Virus record (IMG/VR): IMGVR_UViG_3300030202_001399
Direction: 5' to 3' (one strand)
Length of the DNA: 64,000 bases
Source: an uncultured virus (IMG/VR IMGVR_UViG_3300030202_001399)
Taxonomy: Duplodnaviria; Heunggongvirae; Uroviricota; Caudoviricetes
In this document: piece by piece, positions 16,994-26,268 of the stretch
Position numbering within the stretch: position 1 is the first letter of the stretch
How the letters are laid out: each line of letters begins with the position of its first letter
Made by a program: the position numbers and the translations under genes
Notes under the pieces: generated by a model
Database searches by the model: none
Seen by the model: the letters and a program-made list of their open reading frames with translations, nothing else
What the model was told of the DNA's origin: nothing

Positions 16994-17551
16994 ATGAAAA
17001 CAGATGAAACAGAATATGAAAATAAAGGAATAGAAGGATTAGAAATAAAGGATGAGAATTGGAAAGAAGATATCAAGACCGTGTTTAAGAACACACAGTT
17101 CTTGTATCCTTTTCCTGACCCTCAGACCGAGGCTTTCTTTACGGTGATTTGGAATAAGTCTCTTGAGGCTTTTGATTCACCAAGAGAAGTACAAGTAATC
17201 GTGGATGCAAAAGACGACCTGTATATCAGTGTAGGAACGTTTGGCTATGTTAGTTTCAAAGACCAAGAGGAACAACTAGGCGGTATGAAATTACCATTGA
17301 AGTGTTGGATACACACACACCCATTCGGTAGAGCATTCTTTAGTGGAACAGATTGGAAAACCATTCATTCATGGAGAGGAATGATGCAGAGTGCAACAGT
17401 TCTTGGAGATAACCAATTTATCTCTTATGATTGTAACAGCGAGATTGCAAAACATGTAGCGTATGCTTTGTACCAACAACATCCTGAAACAGAAGATAAG
17501 CCTGAGTGGGTAAAGGCAGCACAAAATGTATTAGAAGGTGAAGAGGAATGA
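16994..17551 (+). CDS. JAB/MPN+ (JAMM) metalloprotease
   Basis: Complete JAMM motif E...H-T-H-x7-S-x2-D (REV...HTHPFGRAFFSGTD). Confidence 0.88.
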   Translation: MKTDETEYENKGIEGLEIKDENWKEDIKTVFKNTQFLYPFPDPQTEAFFTVIWNKSLEAFDSPREVQVIVDAKDDLYISVGTFGYVSFKDQEEQLGGMKLPLKCWIHTHPFGRAFFSGTDWKTIHSWRGMMQSATVLGDNQFISYDCNSEIAKHVAYALYQQHPETEDKPEWVKAAQNVLEGEEE

Positions 17552-17904
17552 TTTCAGAAAGTGCATGGAAGACATACTGCGGTATAGCAGATGCTCATGG
17601 TCTTGAGTCATTTCAAGAATGTGAAGGGGTGGGTTCTGCTCCTATCACTATTACAATGAGGGCGCAGTTGAACAGGCAACGACATGCTATGGTATATTGG
17701 GTCGAACTACCTGATGATAAAGCAGAGCAGATGCATGAAGCAATTAGACAGGCACAAGCAGATGGAGATTGGCATGAGCCTCTTCTTCTTTTGAAGAACC
17801 CTGATTTTGTAGAGCATGTATCTTTTGAAGATTCAATGAAGAACAGTTGGGATATGATACCCAACGACAGACTAGACCCATATTGGGGCGGTGATGATGA
17901 ATGA
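17548..17904 (+). CDS. Hypothetical protein
   Basis: Coupled to the JAB gene. Confidence 0.65.
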   Translation: MISESAWKTYCGIADAHGLESFQECEGVGSAPITITMRAQLNRQRHAMVYWVELPDDKAEQMHEAIRQAQADGDWHEPLLLLKNPDFVEHVSFEDSMKNSWDMIPNDRLDPYWGGDDE

Positions 17905-18647
17905 AGTATTGGGCATTTGAAATGAAAGAAGGTAATGATAAACTAATTAGTTGCAATGACATAGAAAATGTATACTTGTTAGGACAACATCAACAGTATA
18001 ATGCATCAACTGGTGAAATCATCGATGCTATTTCTTCCATTAAAACTGAAGTTATTACTTCTACTAACCCTGAAAAGAATAAGAAAATTAAATCAAAGGG
18101 TAGAAAGGTGGAGAATAAAGTTCCTGTGAGACATGAAATACGTTCAGGTGGGAAGACTACTATTGCACACATCCCTGTTTCGGCTGAACAACGGTATGCT
18201 AACAAAAAGGCAAGAGAAACCGCAGAAGGAAAGATAGTTCAGATAAAGGACGGTGGTTATCATCATGATTTCCTTGTTGTGAGACACGTTGATGGCTCAC
18301 TATTCCTATTGAGAGAGGAACACACGCACAACGAGTATTGGGGTAAGTGGAAAATGAAGCCCGATGAGTGGATTCTTTGGAGTGATAACTATGCTCCTAA
18401 AGGAAAGAAAGGAACACCGCATGAACATCATCGCTCTTCTTGTTGTTATGCTCCTAACAGAAGGAGATTAGCAAACAAGCCATATTGTTTGGATTGTATA
18501 GATGATAATAAAACACAAAGAACGAACAGAAGAATTAACAACGGCGGTCCTGAAGCCAATCTGATATTCGACAAAAATGGCGAGTTGACAACGGCTTGGA
18601 CAGAAGCAAATCTAGACAGATTAAGAGAACAGGAGGATAACGAATGA
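17901..18647 (+). CDS. Hypothetical protein with a Cys cluster
   Basis: 248-aa coupled ORF; 'SSCC...YCLDC'. Confidence 0.65.
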   Translation: MKYWAFEMKEGNDKLISCNDIENVYLLGQHQQYNASTGEIIDAISSIKTEVITSTNPEKNKKIKSKGRKVENKVPVRHEIRSGGKTTIAHIPVSAEQRYANKKARETAEGKIVQIKDGGYHHDFLVVRHVDGSLFLLREEHTHNEYWGKWKMKPDEWILWSDNYAPKGKKGTPHEHHRSSCCYAPNRRRLANKPYCLDCIDDNKTQRTNRRINNGGPEANLIFDKNGELTTAWTEANLDRLREQEDNE

Positions 18648-18874
18648 AAGAAAGATTCTACAAATTAACAACAACAGCAGGACAAACTACACTGAATATG
18701 GCAGAGGTTTCTGCCTATTCTGTGATTGAGATTCAGGAAGGTATGTTGAAGAAGAACACCTACGAAGTAGAGATACATCTACGAAGCGGTACTATCTTCA
18801 CAACCAAGATGACAGAATCAGAGATGACAGTATGGGAGGATGTATTCTTCCCTAAGTCGGTGGTGAAGGAATGA
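18644..18874 (+). CDS. Hypothetical protein
   Basis: Coupled ORF. Confidence 0.6.
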   Translation: MKERFYKLTTTAGQTTLNMAEVSAYSVIEIQEGMLKKNTYEVEIHLRSGTIFTTKMTESEMTVWEDVFFPKSVVKE

Positions 18875-19038
18875 ATCTCAACGCTCAAGCACTGGCAGTA
18901 ACCTTTCTAGCAGGGAAACTTGATGGGCTAGAACTAGCACTAGAGATAATCAATAGAAGAGAGGTTGATGCACATTCAGTGCGATGGCTAGTGAAAGAGC
19001 GAGATAAATTAAGAAAGGAATTGGAGGAATTAGAATGA
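18871..19038 (+). CDS. 55-aa hypothetical protein, not in the ORF track
   Basis: ATGA-coupled on both sides. Confidence 0.5.
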   Translation: MNLNAQALAVTFLAGKLDGLELALEIINRREVDAHSVRWLVKERDKLRKELEELE

Positions 19039-19196
19039 AGAGATACAATAGACATGAGAGAGCAGTGGAAAGGAAGTTAGATGAAATAATTAAACTACTT
19101 TCTACTCAACCAAGAAATAGAGAGCATGATGATGAGCGAATGGCTATCATTAGAGAACAATACAAAGAAGCAATGAAATTGAGGGATGAAGAATGA
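19035..19196 (+). CDS. 53-aa hypothetical protein, not in the ORF track
   Basis: ATGA-coupled on both sides; GGAGG SD. Confidence 0.5.
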   Translation: MKRYNRHERAVERKLDEIIKLLSTQPRNREHDDERMAIIREQYKEAMKLRDEE

Positions 19197-19306
19197 AAAG
19201 AATAATGACTATGGAAAACAGCAGACAAACAACACTGGATGAGTTTGGTTTTGTCTTGGGAACAAGACAGACCACTCTAGAAGAGTTCGGGTTTGTCTTT
19301 GAATGA
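19193..19306 (+). CDS. 37-aa peptide with two tandem PIP-box-like motifs, not in the ORF track
   Basis: MKRIMTMENSRQTTLDEFGFVLGTRQTTLEEFGFVFE. Confidence 0.65.
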   Translation: MKRIMTMENSRQTTLDEFGFVLGTRQTTLEEFGFVFE

Positions 19307-19830
19307 ATATGGAGCAACATATTTATCCTTCCTATCTATGCGAGAGGACGATGAACATGAGTACCAACATCAACAAAGTAGTAGCCTTATTGATAGTAGC
19401 GTCATTCCTAGCGGGATGTACAGATGCTTTACCTGACCCACCTGAAGAAGAGTTTGAAGGCCAAGTAGGTATTGCAGATTGGATTAACATGACGGGAGAG
19501 TTTACTCTTGTCATGGACAACAGTAGTAATGAGTCATTCATACATGCCCCTACTATTTGGGTAGATGTAAACACAAGTTATGGAGCGATTGAACTTCAAT
19601 CCTTCACATACAATATAACACACCTATCCTTTGAGGTAGTGAATAACTCTGTCATATTCAGTAATTACAGTTGGGTAAACTGGCAGGGCTACTTAGTTCA
19701 AGAAGATAAATACTGGTCAAGTGGTTTTGCTCCTGAGTATGGTAATGCAACTCTGCACTTTGCAGCCTTCCCATTCGATGTCACAATTGAGTATGAAGTA
19801 GTTTACAGAGTGTGGGATGGCAGACAATGA
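19303..19830 (+). CDS. Predicted lipoprotein (start probably near 19351-19357)
   Basis: Hydrophobic stretch plus lipobox 'FLAGC', followed by a beta-rich domain. Confidence 0.7.
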   Translation: MNMEQHIYPSYLCERTMNMSTNINKVVALLIVASFLAGCTDALPDPPEEEFEGQVGIADWINMTGEFTLVMDNSSNESFIHAPTIWVDVNTSYGAIELQSFTYNITHLSFEVVNNSVIFSNYSWVNWQGYLVQEDKYWSSGFAPEYGNATLHFAAFPFDVTIEYEVVYRVWDGRQ

Positions 19831-20225
19831 AAAAGGCAGTAACTATACGCTTTCCTGCTCCGCTACCTGCGGAGATAGAATGTCCTATTTGTTTGGGAAA
19901 CAAGTGTGTAGTCTGTGAAATGTCAGGTAAGATAAAGGTAACAGTTGATGCTAAAGTACCAATCCAAAGACATCTCATTGTTCAGTACATTGCCGAGCAT
20001 ATGGATGAAGTGGCTAATGAACTATCACAGAAGTTTGGTCTAGTGCCGGACGTTCAAACAGAAGATATGTTTGAAGTGGAAGGTAGAACATATGAGTTGG
20101 TCAAGATTAGTAGTCTTGGTGGAGTAGTATGGGTAGCACATAGAATAGATGAGCAAGAGTCTCCACGATACTTTAAGTCGTGGAAGAACTTACAGCAGTT
20201 TAAGGGTGGTTGGCTTGAAGGGTGA
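19812..20225 (+). CDS. Hypothetical protein with a DnaJ-like Cys motif
   Basis: CPICLG..CVVC..SG. Confidence 0.6.
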   Translation: MGWQTMKKAVTIRFPAPLPAEIECPICLGNKCVVCEMSGKIKVTVDAKVPIQRHLIVQYIAEHMDEVANELSQKFGLVPDVQTEDMFEVEGRTYELVKISSLGGVVWVAHRIDEQESPRYFKSWKNLQQFKGGWLEG

Positions 20226-20451
20226 AAAAATAATAGTAAGAGTCCCAAGAAACGGGAATGAAGAATTGACAGTGAGAACGGGTAATTATTGGAATGTTGA
20301 CATAGTTGACATTCGTTGGTATGCTAACGGAACACCAACAAAGAAAGGCGTTAGAATGAACATTGAAGAAATGAAGGATGTCGCTAAGGCATTGAATAAG
20401 ATAATTGAGAGGAATAAAAATGAGTATGATAAGAATGAGCAGGATGTGTGA
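20149..20451 (+). CDS. PC4/Sub1-like ssDNA-binding transcriptional coactivator (start probably near 20206)
   Basis: 'VDIRWY....PTKKGVRM..EE' PC4 signature. Confidence 0.75.
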   Translation: MSKSLHDTLSRGRTYSSLRVVGLKGEKIIVRVPRNGNEELTVRTGNYWNVDIVDIRWYANGTPTKKGVRMNIEEMKDVAKALNKIIERNKNEYDKNEQDV

Positions 20452-21946
20452 ATCCCTAGAAGACAGAACACCATCAGAAAAGAGACACAGAATTTGTGCC
20501 ACGCTACCTCACTTTGAGGATAGAAAGGCAGCGATTAAGATATTGTCACTTGAGTATGAGATGAATAATATTGGAGAGAAGAAAGCAGTCAAATGGTTAG
20601 CGAACATCTTCGGTGTATTTGAAGATGAGATAGAGGACGTAGCCCATTCATGGTTAGATTTAGGGGAAGGAATGAAAGAGTTCCTCAGTGCAAATCGACC
20701 TGATTCTAATTTTACATTGGCTGACTTCTTGAGGCTACTAGAACTGGATTGTTCCTCTATGTCAAATGATAGTTATCAAACAATCAGAGAAGCAATCGGT
20801 AGTATGTCTGCTTTGGAAGTTAAGTGGTTTATCCGCTATTGGTTGAGAACCCCAAGAAACGGAGTCAATAAAAGCACTGTTGAAAAGGCAATGACTGATT
20901 ATTATCAGAGGGATATCAAAAGGTATTCAGTAGGACACTCTCTTACTAACTTAGTTGATTATCTAGAGAATGATTTAGAGCCGCCTGAGTTAGTGCATGG
21001 TAACTTCGTAAAGCCAATGTTGGCTAAGAAATACACAGGCAAACTACCTGAGCAGTTCGTTATGGACATCAAGTATGATGGTAACAGATATCAGATACAT
21101 AAGAAGGACGATGTAATCATCTTCAATCGTAAAGGTAAGATTGTCACCGAACAGTATGCTGACATCGTAGCGATAGTGAATGGATGGGAGTCTAATAATT
21201 TCATATTAGATGCTGAGATATACCCAATAACAAATGATGGTAGTCCTGCTCCACATCAAACTTTAGCAACTAGAGTTCATTCAAAGGATAAACAATTAGC
21301 GATAACAAAATGTCCAGTTCAACTAGTAGTGTTTGACTGTCTTCTATATCAGGAACAATCAATACTTAGTGACACATACAGTGATAGACTAGAGTATCTA
21401 GAAACTATTGTACCATCTGAGTATATTGCTCAAGCCTTTAGACATGGTAATGTTGAGGCTGCCTACAACGTAGCAATCAATGGTGGCTTTGAAGGTGTGA
21501 TGATAAAGGACTTGAATGCGGCTTATGAATCCAAGAGAACAACTGCTTTGCTAAAGTATAAACCACCAAGAGTAGAACTTGATGTTGTTATAACATCAGG
21601 GGAATATGGAAAGGGAAAGAGAGCAGGTGTGATAGGCACATACGGTGTTAGTGTTAGAGATGGCTCAGACTATGTGAACATCGGTAAGGTTGGTAGCGGT
21701 ATATCAGAAGAAGAGATGTATTCGCTAGATACACAATTGAAGAGAATCGTTGATAGTTTCAACGGAGGAACGTATTACTTCTTACCTAGAGTAGTGCTTG
21801 AGGTTACTTGTGATTTAATCAGTCAGAACCAAGACGGTACTTATGGTATGAGATTTCCAAGAATAGTGAGAATAAGAGATGACAAGTATCCTGCCGATTG
21901 CAATACTCTCGATGATGTGGAAGAATTGTGTAGCAACATATATTGA
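20405..21946 (+). CDS. lig: ATP-dependent DNA ligase
   Basis: KYDG motif I, 'LDAE', 'FDCL', 'EGVMIK', 'KYK', 'RFPR..RIRDDK'. Confidence 0.93.
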   Translation: MRGIKMSMIRMSRMCESLEDRTPSEKRHRICATLPHFEDRKAAIKILSLEYEMNNIGEKKAVKWLANIFGVFEDEIEDVAHSWLDLGEGMKEFLSANRPDSNFTLADFLRLLELDCSSMSNDSYQTIREAIGSMSALEVKWFIRYWLRTPRNGVNKSTVEKAMTDYYQRDIKRYSVGHSLTNLVDYLENDLEPPELVHGNFVKPMLAKKYTGKLPEQFVMDIKYDGNRYQIHKKDDVIIFNRKGKIVTEQYADIVAIVNGWESNNFILDAEIYPITNDGSPAPHQTLATRVHSKDKQLAITKCPVQLVVFDCLLYQEQSILSDTYSDRLEYLETIVPSEYIAQAFRHGNVEAAYNVAINGGFEGVMIKDLNAAYESKRTTALLKYKPPRVELDVVITSGEYGKGKRAGVIGTYGVSVRDGSDYVNIGKVGSGISEEEMYSLDTQLKRIVDSFNGGTYYFLPRVVLEVTCDLISQNQDGTYGMRFPRIVRIRDDKYPADCNTLDDVEELCSNIY

Positions 21947-21967
21947 CTCCTGTGATGTCGCAGTGCT

Positions 21968-22363
21968 ATGTATGGCAGGGATGTGTTGAATGGGATTCTA
22001 ATCTCAATAGGCAACCCTGAAGTCAACATAGTAAACAGCAACAAGTCCAAGTTAGGATATCGGGTTCGATTGAGAGTTTGTATACGAGGCGATGGTGTGT
22101 TCCTTTGGGGTATTCATCGCTCATTATTACAACATGAGATTGAATCTAACTACAAGGAATCAGAACATAGTGGTAGACCTAAACCCATTCTAGTAATTAG
22201 TGGATTAGATAATCTATCAAAACTTGTAGGTATGATGAATGATAAACTGATAGCAAATCATGATTGGGATACATTCACTACATCTCTCAAGATGATAAGA
22301 GAGAAGGAACACCTGAGAGCCGAAGGACTTGAGAAGATACTCAAGATGAAGGGGCTTATCTAA
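21968..22363 (+). CDS. Degenerate single-motif LAGLIDADG endonuclease-like protein
   Basis: 'LNGILISIGN', 'GYRVRLRVCI', C-terminal 'KEHLRAEGLEKILKMK'. Confidence 0.6.
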   Translation: MYGRDVLNGILISIGNPEVNIVNSNKSKLGYRVRLRVCIRGDGVFLWGIHRSLLQHEIESNYKESEHSGRPKPILVISGLDNLSKLVGMMNDKLIANHDWDTFTTSLKMIREKEHLRAEGLEKILKMKGLI

Positions 22364-22677
22364 TGTTATGCCCAAGATGCAATCTTAGAGAAACAGAGGC
22401 ATCTCTGTGTTCTGTTTGTATGTTGAAGGTTCAGATGAAGAAACCTGAGCATACAACGGATGATGAAATAATCAATCACCATGTTATGCAACGAATAAAG
22501 AAAGGTTGCAACGAGTGTGGTAGTCATTCATTCGCTTATGAAGCGGGAGTGAAAGAAGAAAACGAACTAAAGTGGTATGTCATTTTAGTTGACTGTGGGG
22601 TTTGTAACAAAGCCTACGAAGAAATAATGGAAGTGAGGGTTATCAATGAGCCTATTAAACATGAAGAATCAGAATAG
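22363..22677 (+). CDS. Double zinc-ribbon protein
   Basis: Four CxxC motifs. Confidence 0.65.
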   Translation: MLCPRCNLRETEASLCSVCMLKVQMKKPEHTTDDEIINHHVMQRIKKGCNECGSHSFAYEAGVKEENELKWYVILVDCGVCNKAYEEIMEVRVINEPIKHEESE

Positions 22678-23497
22678 AACAATAATAATAGTTGGCAAAG
22701 ACGGAACAGATAAATTACAAAAAGCGATGAAACTCGTTTCTGATAATCCTATCGTTCAGTATGCTAATGAGTTTGACATTGAAGATAATTACAGTATACC
22801 AGCAGACGTTGGTATTATCATTAGAGAGTGTAATTACAAACCTAATGTGGAATTGATTAGGAGAACAATACTAGAGTACAGAGGTCAGGTAGTTCTTACA
22901 TCTATCAATCAGAAGGATGTGCCTAAGAAACTATTCAATCTCTGTAAGTTGAAGCGTGGCAAGAAACTTGAGGTTGATGAGATAAAGGAAATAGCACCAC
23001 GTTCAGACGAGCCTCACAATTTTGATACAGATATATTCACCTTGGTTGGAGACTATCTTAGGAATCCTAACCGAGATATCATAATGAACAGTTTGAAAAT
23101 AAGCAAACCATCGGACACTCAGTTCGTATCATGGTTAGCACCAAACATACATCCCAACAAACTGATGTTTGTGGATGCACAAGTAAAGAGAAGGTGGAAC
23201 TCTGATTACTTTTACGAAATGCTTGCTTATTCTCATGATGGGAGAATGCAACGAAAGATGACTCCACCACAAAGAAAGACATATTCTACAATACCGAAAA
23301 TTCTGAGGAAGTTAAAAATGCGACATTCTCAGGTCTATCTTTTGAAAGACTTATTAAAAAACCCTGATTTTAGGGAGTATTGTAGAAAAACACTTTCTTC
23401 CTCTGAAACAAGAACATTAGGACTTGGAGAAAAGAAGAGGAGGAAAAAGACAACACCAGTTGTCGCCACTGTTGGATTGTCAAGGTGGCTAAATTAA
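22646..23497 (+). CDS. Degenerate RFC large-subunit-like protein
   Basis: Eroded P-loop 'IVGKDGTDK', adjacent to RFC small; basic tail ending in PIP-like 'LSRWL'. Confidence 0.55.
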   Translation: MSLLNMKNQNRTIIIVGKDGTDKLQKAMKLVSDNPIVQYANEFDIEDNYSIPADVGIIIRECNYKPNVELIRRTILEYRGQVVLTSINQKDVPKKLFNLCKLKRGKKLEVDEIKEIAPRSDEPHNFDTDIFTLVGDYLRNPNRDIIMNSLKISKPSDTQFVSWLAPNIHPNKLMFVDAQVKRRWNSDYFYEMLAYSHDGRMQRKMTPPQRKTYSTIPKILRKLKMRHSQVYLLKDLLKNPDFREYCRKTLSSSETRTLGLGEKKRRKKTTPVVATVGLSRWLN

Positions 23498-23506
23498 AAA
23501 TGAGGA

Positions 23507-24424
23507 ATGAAAATGTTATGGACAGAAAAATATAGACCAAAGAGAATTGCTGACGTTGTAGGACAATACAACTTCACGATAGACGCAGAGAGTTGGGTAG
23601 AACAAGGCAACATGCCTAATCTTCTACTCTATGGAATAGCAGGTGTAGGTAAGACTGCTGCGGGAATAGCAGTAGCCAATGATATACTAAAGGAGGATAA
23701 AGACAATAACTTCTTTGAGATTAATGCATCTGACGACAGAAGACTTGAGACAGTTAGGAATCAAATCAAGGAGATAGCGTCAACCAAGAAGATTGGTAAT
23801 GCACCTTTCAAGATTATACTTCTTGATGAGATGGATGGAATGACTAAGGATGCACAGAATGCACTGAAGAGAATAATGGAGAGGTATGCTGACAATTGTA
23901 GGTTCATTATCACATGTAATGAGAGACACAGAATCATACACCCATTGCAATCTAGGTGTGCTAACTATCGTTTTGATAGATTAAAGCCACAAACAATGCA
24001 TCTTTTACTAACGAAAATTTTAGAAAACGAGGAAATTACCCATGTATCTAGTGATGACTTGGAAACTTTCATAGACTCGCTACATGGAGACATGAGAAGA
24101 GGGCTTACTGAACTTCAGGCTGCTATCTACGGTAAGTCCTCACTATTGAATCAGATTGACAAGAATCTTGAACCATATACTGAAATAATGCAAATGATTG
24201 ATAATAATGAATATGAAAATAGTTTAGGTAAGGTGCATGAATTGTTATATAACTCAGTGGATATGAACACTATATGTGTTAATTTACATGATGTTGTGAT
24301 TAAAACAGATATGCCCGCAGCCAAGAAGTTCAAAACACTAAGGGTCATCGGAGAAGCAGAGTGGAGGAGTAGCAATATGACTCCGAAGTTGCTTGCATCT
24401 TGGATGATAGGACAGTTGATGTGA
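23507..24424 (+). CDS. rfcS: Replication factor C small subunit (clamp loader)
   Basis: WTEKYRP, GIAGVGKT, EINASD, LLDEMD, AQNAL, SRC motifs. Confidence 0.95.
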   Translation: MKMLWTEKYRPKRIADVVGQYNFTIDAESWVEQGNMPNLLLYGIAGVGKTAAGIAVANDILKEDKDNNFFEINASDDRRLETVRNQIKEIASTKKIGNAPFKIILLDEMDGMTKDAQNALKRIMERYADNCRFIITCNERHRIIHPLQSRCANYRFDRLKPQTMHLLLTKILENEEITHVSSDDLETFIDSLHGDMRRGLTELQAAIYGKSSLLNQIDKNLEPYTEIMQMIDNNEYENSLGKVHELLYNSVDMNTICVNLHDVVIKTDMPAAKKFKTLRVIGEAEWRSSNMTPKLLASWMIGQLM

Positions 24425-24509
24425 TGATTGAATTACTATTGGGGTTGGTATTTTTGAGACAATTGATTAGATGGTTAGATTCCCCAAAAAGGAGATTTTG
24501 AAATGAGGT

Positions 24510-24770
24510 ATGAATATGAAAATGGATTTGAACAAAGACGGTGTAGTGGATATTGAAGATGTTAAACATCTACTACTACGCTATGAGATAATAGCGTTAG
24601 GCGGTGCATTGCTGATTGTACTGCCTATACTAAACACGTTAGGTTATATCAGCGTAGATTCCAATTTCTTTTGGATATTGTGTGGCGTAGTCATGCTGAC
24701 AGAAGGACTAGTGGAAATAAGACATGAAAGAAAAAGAATGAAAACAAAGGAGGAAAATAAAAATGAATGA
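24510..24770 (+). CDS. Small membrane protein with an EF-hand/dockerin-like loop
   Basis: DLNKDGVVDIED followed by two hydrophobic segments. Confidence 0.6.
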   Translation: MNMKMDLNKDGVVDIEDVKHLLLRYEIIALGGALLIVLPILNTLGYISVDSNFFWILCGVVMLTEGLVEIRHERKRMKTKEENKNE

Positions 24771-25986
24771 TGAAATAAAAAATGAAATTGAAAAAGCAGC
24801 AGAACTGCTAGGGATGTCCCTAGACGATGCGACAGCGAGGTTCGAGGACATCTGTTCCAAGAACAACGTTGACGCAGATAAAGAGCCTTTACTGGCTCGT
24901 AGTCTTTGGCGACAGTTCTTTAGTAATTCTAGGAATGCACTGAAGAGACAACAAACACAACCAACAGGTCAGCAATCTGATGGACTATACAAGAGAGCCT
25001 TTGGCTTCTTTGTATCCCTGAATGATGCTATTGATATGTCTGCACGAAGCCGTGAGAGACTAACTAATGAGTACATGAGAGACAGTGATATGACCTACTC
25101 TCTTGGAAGAGTTGCTATCTTCACAGAAGATGGTGATGGCTACGAAGCACGAATGATGCGTGATGGCGAAGAGATTGTCAAGACAATGGGCAAACTACCT
25201 GAGAACCATGTAGAAGTTGACAGTGGAAGATTTATCGTACCACTAGATGCAAGACAGGGTGATTGGAATAAGAACTATGGAAAGCCACAGCCTGTATCTG
25301 AGTATCAGAGAAAGGGTGTATTCGTTGGCGAAGTGAATGGTAAGATGGGTAAGTATTTCTTCTCATACAAGAAAGAACACTGTGTTAACTTTGAACCTAA
25401 GACTTTCGAGTTTATCCACTTCGATGTGATACCGAACTCCAACAGGGACGATATGATTCACGGTGGAGCAAATACAACACTAGAGTCTCTAGTATACAAC
25501 GCAGACTTGACTGATGATATGAAGAGAGATGTGTCTACCATAGATGTATCAGAGGCTATCATGGAATACTGTCAGGGTAATTACAGTCCACTGATTGCAT
25601 TGGACAAGTATCACCAAACTGCTAACAACAAAGCAAATTGGGATGATAAGTTTGTCTTCACAGATGGAACTGTCAACAGTATCAACGTAACCCCTACGTC
25701 AAACGGTAACAGGATAGTAAACCTTGATGACCTTAACACGGACTTTGACTTTGATAATGACGGGTGGAGTGGAACTACATGTTGGATTCCTGAGAACATA
25801 CCGATTAACTTCGGAATTGGCTCACAGGTTCTTGTCGTTGGTAGAACTTCACAAGGAACTGACCAAGAAGGAAACATCCGACCTGTCAGTATTAACGTTA
25901 CAGGACTACATGTAATCAACAGCAGAGGGGGAATTGCTGAAGAAGTAGAGTTTGTAGACGAATCAGAAGATTGGTTCTTTGAGTAG
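24763..25986 (+). CDS. RPA/SSB-like OB-fold ssDNA-binding protein
   Basis: OB-like C-terminal region ('GTVNSI...NLDD...GSQVLVVG..S'), acidic aromatic tail, replication-cluster context. Confidence 0.6.
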   Translation: MNDEIKNEIEKAAELLGMSLDDATARFEDICSKNNVDADKEPLLARSLWRQFFSNSRNALKRQQTQPTGQQSDGLYKRAFGFFVSLNDAIDMSARSRERLTNEYMRDSDMTYSLGRVAIFTEDGDGYEARMMRDGEEIVKTMGKLPENHVEVDSGRFIVPLDARQGDWNKNYGKPQPVSEYQRKGVFVGEVNGKMGKYFFSYKKEHCVNFEPKTFEFIHFDVIPNSNRDDMIHGGANTTLESLVYNADLTDDMKRDVSTIDVSEAIMEYCQGNYSPLIALDKYHQTANNKANWDDKFVFTDGTVNSINVTPTSNGNRIVNLDDLNTDFDFDNDGWSGTTCWIPENIPINFGIGSQVLVVGRTSQGTDQEGNIRPVSINVTGLHVINSRGGIAEEVEFVDESEDWFFE

Positions 25987-26268
25987 GTGTATGCAATGGA
26001 ATACAGTATAACTACTGATTCCAACGGGGGTCTCGTTGTTCATGGGAGGAGTTTTGCTTTTCTCATGGATGACGTAGACTTCCTAACTTGGAAGTACAAT
26101 CCCGATACGGGAGACTATTGGACGAAGTTTCACTTCGTATCAAAGGATGTTAGGCTAAAGGTATCCCTAGCAGAACTTAACGAACTACTAAGTAAATGGA
26201 AGGGTATTACATTCAACCCTAATGAATATAACAATGGTGATAGAAATGAGTTGGACAACAACAGATAA
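25987..26268 (+). CDS. Hypothetical protein
   Basis: In-operon ORF. Confidence 0.55.
   Translation: MYAMEYSITTDSNGGLVVHGRSFAFLMDDVDFLTWKYNPDTGDYWTKFHFVSKDVRLKVSLAELNELLSKWKGITFNPNEYNNGDRNELDNNR

Noticed and set aside
16749..17904. Extra Ubl-like GG tails (QMGGI, YWGGDDE)
   Set aside because: The GG codons coincide with GGAGG/GGTGA ribosome-binding sites of the next genes, and the proteins are not beta-grasp-like
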